Origin: Clostridiales bacterium
Lineage (GTDB): Bacteria; Bacillota; Clostridia; Lachnospirales; WQUN01
Assembly: GCA_031270945.1 (NCBI GenBank)
Contig: JAISWZ010000531.1
Location: forward strand, 13,473-77,472
Length of the DNA: 64,000 bases
Direction: 5' to 3'
Shown: positions 9,466-18,150 of the stretch, one piece after another
Numbering within the stretch: position 1 is the first letter of the stretch
How the letters are laid out: each line of letters starts with the position of its first letter
Notes under the pieces: model-generated
Told to the model about the DNA's origin: nothing
Databases searched by the model: none
The model's input: only the letters and a program-made list of their open reading frames with translations
Translations under genes and position numbers: made by a program

Positions 9466-9906
9466 ATGGGCAAAGCTGTTTTGGCAAGGGAAAACGTAGT
9501 GGCGGGATGCGTGGCGAACAGCTTCGAGGACGCGATAAAAGATTGCGGAGACATGCTTGTGAAGGCAGGCTATGTGAATGAAAAGTACATCGAGGGGATG
9601 CTGAAAAGAGAAGAGGAGTTTTCTACAGCGATAGGAAACTCCCTGGCCATCCCCCACGCGGTGATGGACTACAAGAAAGAGATTATTGAGACAGGGCTTG
9701 TTATCAGGGCTTACCCCGACGGGATCGACTGGAATGGCGAAAGCGTCAAGCTGGTTATCGGCATAGCCGCGAAGGGCGACGAGCACTTGGAGATCCTTGA
9801 GAAGATCGCCAATACCTTCGAGGAGCCTGAAACTGCGGGAGAGCTGGCAGCGAAGAACGACCCTGGCTTGATATACGACTTGCTGACAATGGAGGGCTCT
9901 TTTTGA
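9466..9906 (+). CDS. mtlF: PTS mannitol-specific EIIA component
   Basis: Aligns with the C-terminal IIA domain of E. coli MtlA (LVKAGYV, GNSLAIPHA phospho-His, LVIGIAAKGDEHL). Confidence 0.85.
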   Translation: MGKAVLARENVVAGCVANSFEDAIKDCGDMLVKAGYVNEKYIEGMLKREEEFSTAIGNSLAIPHAVMDYKKEIIETGLVIRAYPDGIDWNGESVKLVIGIAAKGDEHLEILEKIANTFEEPETAGELAAKNDPGLIYDLLTMEGSF

Positions 9907-10832
9907 TAGTTACAGTTACGGCGAACCCCGCTCTTGACAAGACTGTGGAGATAAAGGAACTTTTGCCAGGCGAGCTTAACAGGGTGCAGAGCGTTTTTGT
10001 TGACGCGGCCGGAAAAGGGGTAAACGTTTCAAAGACCATAGCCGCCCTTGGCGGCAAGTCAACAGCAACCGGGTTCATTGGCGGCGCTGGCGGCGACGTC
10101 ATAGAAAAAGCGCTTGAAAAAGCGGGAATAGATTTCAGCTTCATCCATGTGGCAGGAGAAACCCGCACCAACCTGAAAGTGATTGACCGGGGTTCACGAA
10201 TGACAGAGATAAATGAGCCGGGGATCCTGGCGACATCCGAAGAAGCCAGGCAGCTCGAAGAGAAGCTGGAAAAGCTCTCAAAGCCTGGCGTGACAGTTGT
10301 TATTGCCGGAAGCCTGTGCAGGGGAGTCGAGCCCGATTACTACGCCAGGCTGGTGCGGGCGGTTCACTCAGGCGGAGGCAGGGCGTTCCTGGACGCTGAC
10401 GGAGAAGCGTTCAGGCTGGCCTTGTTAGAGAAGCCTGATTTCATAAAGCCCAACACCTTTGAGATAATGCAGTATTTCGGCGCTACTGGAGATCTGTCTT
10501 TAATAGATCTAAAAGGGCTTTGCATGCGACTCGTTTCCCAGGGCGTTTCACGCTTCGCTCTCTCCATGGGAAAAGAGGGCGCCATGTTTATTAACGGCAA
10601 CGAAGCCTTGTTTGCGCCAGGGCTAAAAGTGGACGCTCATTCCTCCGCTGGGGCAGGAGACAGCATGACGGCCGCTATAGCGCATGCCGACGATTCAGGG
10701 CTAAGCTGGAGAGAAGCTTGCATCCTGGCTATGGCCACTTCCGCTGGAAGCGTAACCACAAAGGGCACAAAGCCTCCGTCAAGAGAGCTGGTCGAGAGCC
10801 TGAAGGCCCAGGTGAAGCTGGAAGAAGTATAA
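9903..10832 (+). CDS. fruK: 1-phosphofructokinase-family hexose-phosphate kinase (PfkB family)
   Basis: TVTANPALDKT start, AAGKGVNVSK, GAGDSM near the C-terminus. TTG start overlaps the mtlF stop and GGAGGG lies 6-7 nt upstream. Confidence 0.75.
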   Translation: MIVTVTANPALDKTVEIKELLPGELNRVQSVFVDAAGKGVNVSKTIAALGGKSTATGFIGGAGGDVIEKALEKAGIDFSFIHVAGETRTNLKVIDRGSRMTEINEPGILATSEEARQLEEKLEKLSKPGVTVVIAGSLCRGVEPDYYARLVRAVHSGGGRAFLDADGEAFRLALLEKPDFIKPNTFEIMQYFGATGDLSLIDLKGLCMRLVSQGVSRFALSMGKEGAMFINGNEALFAPGLKVDAHSSAGAGDSMTAAIAHADDSGLSWREACILAMATSAGSVTTKGTKPPSRELVESLKAQVKLEEV

Positions 10833-10924
10833 AATAAAAAAATAAAAATAAAAAAATAAATAAAAAAACAAAAACAAAAACAAAAAACAAAAAACAAAAA
10901 ACAAAAAAACAAAAATATATATTT
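10831..10924. repeat. about 90-bp A-rich low-complexity tract inside the PTS operon
   Basis: aaaataaaaaaataaaaataaaaaaataaataaaaaaacaaaaacaaaaacaaaaaac... starts at the fruK stop codon. Confidence 0.9.
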
Positions 10925-10975
10925 GGCTGGGTGGCGGGCGTCCGGCGGCCCAAGCCAAGAAAGGGGTGGCTGCAT

Positions 10976-12235
10976 TTGAAAACAAGAGGTGTGCGCCTTT
11001 ATGGGGCAGATGACCTGAAGCTTGAAGAGTTCGAGCTTCCGGAGATAAAAGACGACGAGATTCTTGTGAAAGTGGTTAGCGACAGCGTATGCATGTCCAC
11101 TTACAAGCTTCTAAGACAGGGCAAGGCGCACAAGCGCTGCCCGCAGAACGTCGACACGAATCCAGTAATAATCGGGCACGAGTTCGCTGGAGACATCGTA
11201 AAAGTGGGCAAGAAGTGGCAAGGCGAGTTTGTTGAAGGCGAAAAGTTCGCCCAGCAGCCGGCCTTGAACTACAAGGGCAAGCTCGACAGCCCTGGCTACT
11301 CGTACGAGTTCTTTGGCGGCGCATGCACATACTGCATAATCCCCCAGGAAGTTATGGAGCTGGGATGCCTGCTGCATTACGCTGGGGAAAGCTACTTTGA
11401 CGCCTCCCTTGGAGAGCCTATGTCTTGCATAATAGGCGGGTACAACGCAAACTACCATACGAACAAGAGAAATTACGACCACGCCATGGGCGCGAAAGAG
11501 GGCGGCTCGGTCTTGATCCTTGGCGGCTGCGGCCCGATGGGCCTTGGCGCCGCCGAATATCCGATGGCTATAGAAAAAAAGCCGGCCCGTGTTGTTGTGA
11601 CCGATGTTGACAACGCCAGGATCGAGCGGGCCAAGAAGCTGGTCTCGCCAGAGCTGGCACTGGAAAAAGGGATAGAGCTGATCTACGTCAACCCCAGGGA
11701 AGTTGGAGGGGATCAATACGAATACCTGCTTGGGCTTACTGGCGGAAAGGGCTATGACGACGTGTTCGTGTACGCTCCAATCAGGGAGCTGGCTGAGCTT
11801 GGAGACAGGCTCATGGCTTTCGACGGATGCATGAACTTCTTCGCCGGCCCTGCTGACAGCGGGTTCAAGGCTAACATAAATCTCTACAACTGCCATTACA
11901 CCAGCACCCATATCATGGGCACGACTGGCGGGAATACCGACGACCTGAAAGAAGCCTTGGCGCTTTCAGCTACAGGAAAGATCCATCCTTCGGTCATGGT
12001 GACGCACGTCGGAGGCATTGACTCGATCATCTACGCGACATCAAACCTTCCAAGCATTCCGGGAGGGAAGAAGCTGACCTACACTCACATAGAAATGCCA
12101 TTGACTGCGATAGACGACTTTGCGAAGCTTGGGGAGACCGATCCGCTTTTCGCGAAATTGGCTGAGTGCTGCGAAAGGCACAACGGGCTCTGGAACGTCG
12201 AGGCCGAGAAGATCTTGTTAAACAGCAAGAAATAA
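10976..12235 (+). CDS. long-form Zn-dependent dehydrogenase (MDR family), ketose-1-phosphate/L-sorbose-1-phosphate reductase-like
   Basis: GHEFAG Zn motif, catalytic Cys in DSVCMST, GGCGPMGLG Rossmann motif. About 419 aa, longer than classical 340-350 aa MDRs. TTG at 10976 after AAAGGGGTGG; start uncertain. Confidence 0.6.
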   Translation: MKTRGVRLYGADDLKLEEFELPEIKDDEILVKVVSDSVCMSTYKLLRQGKAHKRCPQNVDTNPVIIGHEFAGDIVKVGKKWQGEFVEGEKFAQQPALNYKGKLDSPGYSYEFFGGACTYCIIPQEVMELGCLLHYAGESYFDASLGEPMSCIIGGYNANYHTNKRNYDHAMGAKEGGSVLILGGCGPMGLGAAEYPMAIEKKPARVVVTDVDNARIERAKKLVSPELALEKGIELIYVNPREVGGDQYEYLLGLTGGKGYDDVFVYAPIRELAELGDRLMAFDGCMNFFAGPADSGFKANINLYNCHYTSTHIMGTTGGNTDDLKEALALSATGKIHPSVMVTHVGGIDSIIYATSNLPSIPGGKKLTYTHIEMPLTAIDDFAKLGETDPLFAKLAECCERHNGLWNVEAEKILLNSKK

Positions 12236-12280
12236 AGGGTTTCACGAAAATGGCTTTTTTAAAGACAGGAGGCTGGCGTC

Positions 12281-13906
12281 ATGAAGCTGGCTGGCAAAAG
12301 CGCAAGCGCTGGAGTGGCGATGGGCCCGCTTTACTTCTTCCACAGAACCCCTGGGCAAGTGAGAAGACGGCACATCGATGAGCCAAAGGCCGAGCTTGAG
12401 CGCCTGGGAACGGCAAAGGATCTGGCGTTCGCGCAACTGGGCGAACTCTATGAAAAGGCCCTTGTTGAAGTGGGGGAGCAAGGGGCCGCGCTTTTTGAAG
12501 TCCACCAGATGATGCTTGAAGACGAGGACTTCATTAGCGCCATAGAGCAGATTATAAATACGGAAAGCGTCAACGCCGAGTTTGCGGCATCTCGGGCTGG
12601 CGACACGTTTGCCAAAGTCTTCTCTGAGATGGATGACGCCTACATGAGAGAGCGGGCCGCTGACGTAAAGGATGTGGCGCAGAGGCTTGTCAACTGCCTT
12701 ACTGGAGAGACGGCTGGCTCAATAGAAAGCGACATCCCTGTCATAGTTGCGGCGGATGATCTAAGCCCGAGCGAGACAGTGCAGATGGACAAGACGAAGA
12801 TACTGGCTTTCGTCACTTCAGGCGGCGCTACCAACTCGCACGCCGCAATACTTGCGAGAACCATGGGCATACCTGCGGTAATGAGCGCAAAAGGCCTGGA
12901 CGCAAGCATGGATGGGCGATTCTGCATAGTGGACGGATCAACTGGAGAAGCCTTTGTGGATCCGGATCCAGAGCAAACCGAAAGGCTCTCAAAAAAGAAG
13001 GCTGAAGAGGAAAGCCACGCCAGGCTTCTGGAAGAGTACAAAGGCAAGCCCAATAAGACTAAAGACGGAATTGAAGTCTTGGTTTACGCCAACATAGGCA
13101 GACCCTCCGACCTGGGCTTGGTTTTGCAGAATGACGCTGGAGGCATTGGCCTGTTCCGAAGCGAGTTCCTGTACCTTGAAAGAGACAGCTATCCGACTGA
13201 AGACGAACTGTTCCTGGCTTACAAGACAGTGGCCCAAACCATGGCTGGCAAGCGCGTGGTATTTCGAACTCTGGACATAGGGGCGGACAAGAGGATCGAC
13301 TACTTTGATCTTCCGGTTGAGGAAAACCCCGCTCTTGGCATTAGGGGCCTCAGGCTTTGCCTCGAGCGCCCATGGCTACTGCACAGCCAGCTTAGAGCGC
13401 TTTACCGCGCCTCGGCTTTTGGCAAGACCGCCATTATGTTTCCAATGGTCTCTTCCCTCTGGGAAGTCGCAAAGGCCAAGGAGATTGCGGAAGCGGCAAG
13501 AAAAGAGCTGGAGGCGGAAGGGATAGCCTTCGATCCAAGCGCAGAAATAGGGATCATGGTTGAGACGCCAGCCGCCGCCGTGATCAGCGACTTGCTGGCC
13601 CCGGAAGTGGACTTCTTCAGCATAGGCACCAACGACTTGACCCAGTACACGCTGGCGGTTGACAGGCAGAACCCTGGAATGGAAAAGTACGCAGACACGC
13701 GCCATGAGGCCGTTCTCAGGCTGATAAAGACCGTAGCTGACAACGCCCACCAGCATGGCATCTGGGTTGGGATATGCGGAGAGCTGGCCGCTGATCTGAC
13801 ATTGACGAAGAGATTTCTTGAAATGGGAATAGATGAGCTCTCAGTCTCGCCAGCTTCTGTGCTGAAGCTTAGGAAAGCGGTTTGCGATACGGAGCTTGGA
13901 TCTTAA
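12281..13906 (+). CDS. ptsI: phosphoenolpyruvate-protein phosphotransferase (PTS Enzyme I)
   Basis: GGATNSHAAILARTMGIPAV phospho-His block, GLFRSEFLY, FFSIGTNDLTQYTLAVDR. Confidence 0.92.
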   Translation: MKLAGKSASAGVAMGPLYFFHRTPGQVRRRHIDEPKAELERLGTAKDLAFAQLGELYEKALVEVGEQGAALFEVHQMMLEDEDFISAIEQIINTESVNAEFAASRAGDTFAKVFSEMDDAYMRERAADVKDVAQRLVNCLTGETAGSIESDIPVIVAADDLSPSETVQMDKTKILAFVTSGGATNSHAAILARTMGIPAVMSAKGLDASMDGRFCIVDGSTGEAFVDPDPEQTERLSKKKAEEESHARLLEEYKGKPNKTKDGIEVLVYANIGRPSDLGLVLQNDAGGIGLFRSEFLYLERDSYPTEDELFLAYKTVAQTMAGKRVVFRTLDIGADKRIDYFDLPVEENPALGIRGLRLCLERPWLLHSQLRALYRASAFGKTAIMFPMVSSLWEVAKAKEIAEAARKELEAEGIAFDPSAEIGIMVETPAAAVISDLLAPEVDFFSIGTNDLTQYTLAVDRQNPGMEKYADTRHEAVLRLIKTVADNAHQHGIWVGICGELAADLTLTKRFLEMGIDELSVSPASVLKLRKAVCDTELGS

Positions 13907-13930
13907 ATTTACGCGCTGTTTTGGGCGTAG

Positions 13931-13962
13931 GCGGGAGGCTGATAAAGCTTCCCGCTTTTTTT
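13931..13962 (+). terminator. Rho-independent terminator of the PTS operon
   Basis: GCGGGAGGC-tgataaa-GCTTCCCGC followed by a T-run that continues into an 80-nt T-rich tract. Confidence 0.7.
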
Positions 13963-14036
13963 GTTTTTTTAATTTTTTGTATTTTTTAATTTTAATTTTT
14001 TTATTTTAATTTTTATTTTTATTTTATTTTTTTATT
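13956..14036. repeat. about 80-bp T-rich low-complexity tract
   Basis: ttttttgtttttttaattttttgtattttttaattttaattttttt... read directly. Confidence 0.9.
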
Positions 14037-14146
14037 CAAAAAGCGAGCGGCACACTGCCGCCCGCTTTTTGCTATACTTAGACATCGCGTCTTCGCGCGC
14101 AAAACAAAAGAGGGGCTCAGCGCCCCTCTTGGAATTGAGGTCTTTC

Positions 14147-14530
14147 ATGAATTTCCTTTATGTTGGAATAGGCGGTTTCCTAGGCGCTTGCCTCAGGTAT
14201 CTGGCAACAACCGCCATGGCTTCTCTTGCCCCCCAATTTCCTTTTGGAACGCTTCTCGCGAACGCGGCCGCCGGGTTCATGGCGGGGCTTGCGACAGGGG
14301 CCGGAAGGGAGGCCGGGCTTCTTCCGGAGAAAGCGAGGCTTTTTATTGTTACCGGCTTTCTTGGCGGGCTTAGCACATTTTCAACCTTTAGCCTGGAGAC
14401 TGCCAGCATGATAGAGTCCGGGAAATTTGTCCGGGCTGGGGTGAACGTTGCGCTAAACCTGGCGTTTTGCCTGTCGTTTGTGTTTGCCGGGCTCTTTGCG
14501 GCAAAGTGCTTGTTCCAAAACGCGAGATAG
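14147..14530 (+). CDS. crcB: fluoride ion channel CrcB/FluC
   Basis: 127 aa, 4-TM. MNFLYVGIGGFLGACLRY and GFLGGLSTFSTF signature segments. Confidence 0.85.
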   Translation: MNFLYVGIGGFLGACLRYLATTAMASLAPQFPFGTLLANAAAGFMAGLATGAGREAGLLPEKARLFIVTGFLGGLSTFSTFSLETASMIESGKFVRAGVNVALNLAFCLSFVFAGLFAAKCLFQNAR

Positions 14531-14569
14531 GCTAAACGCTCGGCATTTAATTGAACGCTCCGCGTTCAA

Positions 14570-15007
14570 CTAAATGCTCGGCGGTGTTCCCTGCGGTGGC
14601 GCTTCGGGCTGGGGCATGTGGCGAGCTATCAAGTCGTCAATGGGCCCAATGGCCAAAGTCTGCCTTTTGAGGGCGGAGACTATAAGCAGCACGTAGACAA
14701 TCGCCTCCGCGAGTTCTATAGCCAGAATTATAAACGACAGAATCCCTGCAATGGCGGCATGAAGCGGGCGAATGAATGCTGGCACAACAGCGTAGGGCAA
14801 ATTGATCGCGCTCAGAAAGATGGTCGGCACCTGGAAAACGATGTAGACCACAAGCGACTTAACCGCCGCGTTCCTCAGCCAGGAATCCTTTTCGGAAATG
14901 AGGACGTACCCTGCGATAAGGACCAGTACCGTTGAGTTGCTGGCAAGGCCAAAGAAATACATTATGGCCGCCAGCAAGCCAGCTGAAATACCAAGCTTGG
15001 TTTTCAT
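14570..15007 (-). CDS. hypothetical integral membrane protein
   Basis: 145-aa ORF with about 4 hydrophobic helices and a Pro-rich C-tail. No recognised family. Confidence 0.5.
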   Translation of the reverse strand: MKTKLGISAGLLAAIMYFFGLASNSTVLVLIAGYVLISEKDSWLRNAAVKSLVVYIVFQVPTIFLSAINLPYAVVPAFIRPLHAAIAGILSFIILAIELAEAIVYVLLIVSALKRQTLAIGPIDDLIARHMPQPEAPPQGTPPSI

Positions 15008-15330
15008 GCTATCCCTCCATGATTCATCAGAATACTTGCTTTATCATTATTGCATGCAGACGTAAATTAGTCAATAGGCTCGAATTGCGAAAAATTGTGG
15101 CGGATTTTAAAAGCGGGGGAGGATGGCGTGATCCCGGGCAAACACAGGATTTTGTAGCGCAAGCCGGGCGGCGTTGGGTACGGTCAGGTTTCTTGCCTTG
15201 TCGCAAGTCCAGTAAAAGAATCCCACTAGTGTCGATGCTTCTACGCTTGATTTTGCAAGCCAAAAATTAATTTGGGATGCGCTCTTAGGCCTGCCTCTGA
15301 AGCCAGGCGAGCCCGTGCCGCAGTTTTTTC

Positions 15331-15375
15331 AAAAAAAAGCAAAAAGAAGCCGCTCGCCTGAGACAGGCGAGCGGC
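15331..15375 (-). terminator. Rho-independent terminator of the XRE regulator gene
   Basis: Perfect 12-bp stem GCCGCTCGCCTG/CAGGCGAGCGGC, followed on the minus strand by TTCTTTTTGCTTTTTTTT. Confidence 0.7.
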
Positions 15376-15510
15376 AGGATGGGAGCGTACGGTCCGGATG
15401 GGAGCCTACGGTCCGGCAAGGCTTTTTTGGGATCCAGTCGCGCCTGGATTCCAATTTTCTTTTATTGGCGAGCGAATAGCTTCGCTTCACCCGCTTTAAA
15501 CTTCAAGCGC

Positions 15511-15990
15511 CTAGAAAAGCGCTGATGACGTCATGCCGTCTGAGGAGACGCATGGGCCGGGCGGCAGGTATTCCGCTATCATTTTCATCTGGACTGTGCT
15601 TGACACCGTCTTGGCGGCTGCGAACAAGGCGTTTGGATCAACGCCTTCGCTGAAGTCCAAGATAGCTGTCCTTATCGATCCGCGAGTGTCAGCAGATTTT
15701 GAGGAGACGAGCCGCAAGCGGTTCTGGAAGAAGAACGGGATCTTTTCGGCGATGTGCTCGTAGGCTGGGCTTTCTCTCGCGAGGATGCTGTCCACGCTTA
15801 CCTGGAACATGTTCGCGATGAATACCAGAGCTTCTACAGAGGGGGCTCTTTCTCCGCTTTCGATGTTTTCCAAAGACTTCGGCGCCATGTAGATATTCGC
15901 GGCAAGCTCTTCCAGCGTGAGCCCAGATTTGAGCCTGAGAGTGCGAATCCGGTCGCCGATGGTTTTCTTGTCGTATCGCAAATTGACCAT
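15511..15990 (-). CDS. XRE-family helix-turn-helix transcriptional regulator
   Basis: N-terminal IGDRIRTLRLKSGLTLEELAANIYMAPKSLENIESGERAPSVEALVFIANMFQVSVDSIL is a typical HTH_3/XRE domain. Confidence 0.8.
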   Translation of the reverse strand: MVNLRYDKKTIGDRIRTLRLKSGLTLEELAANIYMAPKSLENIESGERAPSVEALVFIANMFQVSVDSILARESPAYEHIAEKIPFFFQNRLRLVSSKSADTRGSIRTAILDFSEGVDPNALFAAAKTVSSTVQMKMIAEYLPPGPCVSSDGMTSSALF

Positions 15991-16381
15991 GTTTACTCCT
16001 CCTTGAGCAGCTTCTGTAATAAGCGCTGCGATTGAAGTGTTTTAGGTGCGCCTGTGGCGCGGCCTGGCAAAACAGTGCTTTTGTGCGCCGTTAGGCGCGT
16101 CTGCGCGTTGCCGCGCAACTGGGTTGCGAGGTGCATCTATCCCAGAATTCCTAAAAAGGCCAGGATTTGGGCATGGCTGAGCTCGTCCAAACCCGTCTTG
16201 GGAGATGCGTGAATTGAGCGAAGGTTGAATTGGCAATGGTGCGCCTCCGAGTCTGCCGAGTGCGCGGATATTTTCCCAGAAGCAGCGCGTTATCGCCAAA
16301 TTTCGCCAATTATGCCCTAAAGCCTCAGAAAGCTTGCAATTTGGCCAATGTTTGGACTTTCGGGCCAGGTTTTGAGACTGG

Positions 16382-16510
16382 GAGCATATCCCAAAATTCC
16401 GAAATGGCGCCGGAAAAATCCTGGCGAATGCTTCAACTAGTTTGCTCGGGCTTTTACGAGCAAACATCCGGATTTTTCCGGTGCCTCGGATAAAATTTTG
16501 GGATATGCTC
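16382..16510. repeat. MITE/REP-like palindromic element (long form with CCGGAAAAATCC and GTTTGCTCG hairpin modules)
   Basis: GAGCATATCCCAAAATTCCGAAATGGCGCCGGAAAAATCC ... GGATTTTTCCGG...AAAATTTTGGGATATGCTC. Confidence 0.85.
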
Positions 16511-16624
16511 TTGGGGCATGCGTTTGAAGTCGCAACAATCCAGGTCATTATATCATGCAAAATCAGATGCAGCAAGGACAAAATGCAAAAAAATAGAAGA
16601 TGATGGCGAAACGTGCTGAGATAA

Positions 16625-16835
16625 CGAAATGCAAAAAACACGCAAAAGCTTGAAGCTGTTGGAGAAACGCGTTGTCTCAACGAAACGCTAAAGCTTGAAG
16701 CTGTTGGGAAAACGCATTTAGCCAGCAAGACGCAAAAACTTGAATCTGTTGGAGAAATGCGCAGCGCCAACGAAACTGTGCTTACGCAACCCCAACGAAA
16801 TGCAAAAACTTGAAGCCGTTCAAGAAACACGCAAG
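16625..16835. repeat. four copies of a 45-70 bp tandem repeat (core CTTGAAGCTGTTGGAGAAACGC)
   Basis: Core at 16648, 16693, 16739 and 16809, each preceded by a GCAAAA(A)-type segment. Confidence 0.8.
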
Positions 16836-16909
16836 GCTAATAATTGGAGTATTATGCCAAAACAAAAAAGCCCAGTTTCCTGGACTCAAGAGTCTGTTTT
16901 TTGTATGCC

Positions 16910-17581
16910 CTATGCGTCTACCCGCGCCAGAAGCTCAAACGCGAGCCTGGACGCGTTGTTGAACCGCGACTGCCTTTCGGCTTCGTCTATTCTCCGTCCT
17001 GATATGGCGTCTTCTGAGACTGTGAGAATTGACAAGGCTTTGATGCCCTCGAATGCTGACTTCCAATAAAAGGCGTCTGTCGCGAAATCTATCGCTGGCT
17101 TACCGGAATTGGCGGCTTTGTCTTCATCAAGCCAGTATGTGTCGTCTGTGAAAACTTCAGCTAGACGCGCAACGAAGTCCAGCTTCTTGGCGACAAGAGC
17201 GGCTTCATCGACCAATCCGGCGTCCGCCGCGGCAAAGCCTCTGGCGCCGTAGGCGGCTGAGGCCAGAACGACATCCCTGAGGCTTAGATCTTCTGACTGG
17301 GAAACGCATTCCCCGATGTAAACCGCAGCGCTTGCGCCGTACTCAATCGCTTCAGAAAGCCAAGCCAAAAGGGCAGGCTCGCCATATCCAACTCCTAGCA
17401 CGGCAATCCTGGCAGACTCGTATTCGCCCACGTAGGCTGACATGCCCCGCAGTTCGCTGACAAGCCTCGCATATTCCAAATGATGAGCTACGAGCATCTT
17501 CACGCGCAATGGGTCGTCGGTCAAAATGATCCGTTTAGGCAGTCCGCCCTCCATCGCTTCTAGAAACTTTCCCAAACTCAT
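16910..17581 (-). CDS. divergent nucleoside phosphorylase-family protein (DeoD/PNP-UDP-like)
   Basis: DDPLRVKMLVAHHLEYARLVSELRGMSAYVGEY..IAVLGVGYGEP parallels the DeoD GDPLRAK..RGM..TG.Y.G..I.V.G.GMG.PS pattern. ATG at 17581; the upstream extension runs into a repeat. Confidence 0.55.
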   Translation of the reverse strand: MSLGKFLEAMEGGLPKRIILTDDPLRVKMLVAHHLEYARLVSELRGMSAYVGEYESARIAVLGVGYGEPALLAWLSEAIEYGASAAVYIGECVSQSEDLSLRDVVLASAAYGARGFAAADAGLVDEAALVAKKLDFVARLAEVFTDDTYWLDEDKAANSGKPAIDFATDAFYWKSAFEGIKALSILTVSEDAISGRRIDEAERQSRFNNASRLAFELLARVDA

Positions 17582-17615
17582 CACCCTTTCTGCATGCTGG
17601 TAGAACTGCACTTTT

Positions 17616-17737
17616 AGAGCATATCCCAAATTTCTGGAAAACGCGCTGGATGGCGCTGCCTATGTTAAGGCGGTCGCCAAAGTCTCGCGAACGATTCAAC
17701 GCGGATTTTTCCAAGGCTAATATTTTCGGGATATGCT
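17616..17737. repeat. MITE/REP-like palindromic element (diverged copy)
   Basis: AGAGCATATCCCAAATTTCTGG ... TATTTTCGGGATATGCTTT. Confidence 0.75.
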
Positions 17738-17987
17738 TTTCATTCTGATCACACGCTGGCGAGCGCCAACAATTTATCAATTTATGATCATAACGCTCGT
17801 TAGTATGGATCACTCGCAAGCGAGGCATGCCAAAAAATCGTTCCAACATTATTTTAATTCATGCCAAGCAAATTTGAAATAGCTATGTCTTTTTTGTAAT
17901 ATAACTGAAATATTTCGAGATTGTAAAAGGAATATAATGGGCGAAATAAGCGAATTGGGTCGAATATTGGGGGAATCAAGCGTCACT

Positions 17988-18020
17988 GAGCGCCTCCAGC
18001 GCTGCGGGCTGGAGGCGCTC
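17988..18020. other. perfect 13-bp GC-rich hairpin
   Basis: GAGCGCCTCCAGC-gctgcgg-GCTGGAGGCGCTC. Not followed by a T-run, and function is unknown. Confidence 0.6.
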
Positions 18021-18036
18021 AGATCTGCAGAGAGCG

Positions 18037-18113
18037 AAAGAAAGAAAAATAAAATAAAATAAAATAAAATAAAGAAAATAACGACAAAAATTGAAAAATC
18101 AAAAAAGAAAAAG
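18037..18113. repeat. about 75-bp A-rich low-complexity tract (T-rich tail after the minus-strand terminator)
   Basis: aaagaaagaaaaataaaataaaataaaataaaataaagaaaataacgacaaaaattgaaaaatcaaaaaagaaaaag. Confidence 0.9.
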
Positions 18114-18115
18114 CA

Positions 18116-18144
18116 AGGCATGCGCGGACAAGTCGCGCATGCCT
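18116..18144 (-). terminator. terminator hairpin of the ricin-lectin protein gene
   Basis: AGGCATGCGCG-7 nt-CGCGCATGCCT, 6 nt after the stop at 18151, followed on the minus strand by the T-rich tract. Confidence 0.7.
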
Positions 18145-18150
18145 AAAGAT

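Noticed and set aside
11111-11911. 266-aa minus-strand ORF (similar cases at 6420-7046, 5682-6146, 9755-10171, 40119-40838 and 40780-41316)
   Set aside because: All are antisense shadows inside well-supported plus-strand genes (dehydrogenase, mtlA, EIIA/fruK, defence genes 1-2). None has a motif or an SD.
12242-12505. Possible separate promoter or regulatory gap between the dehydrogenase and ptsI
   Set aside because: The gap is only 45 nt, with an SD (GGAGG) before the ptsI ATG. This is consistent with simple operon continuation.
14041-14146. Possible fluoride riboswitch upstream of crcB
   Set aside because: The conserved crcB-motif elements as I remember them (GAUG..., AACCGCC, CUGAUGAU pseudoknot partners) are not present. 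The region holds only two simple hairpins.
16042-16830. 262-aa minus-strand ORF, the longest ORF in this intergenic region
   Set aside because: It is built entirely from a MITE-like element (16382-16510) and the 45-70 bp tandem repeats. The protein is internally repetitive and Cys/Phe/Ser-rich, has no SD and matches no recognisable family. I treat it as non-coding.
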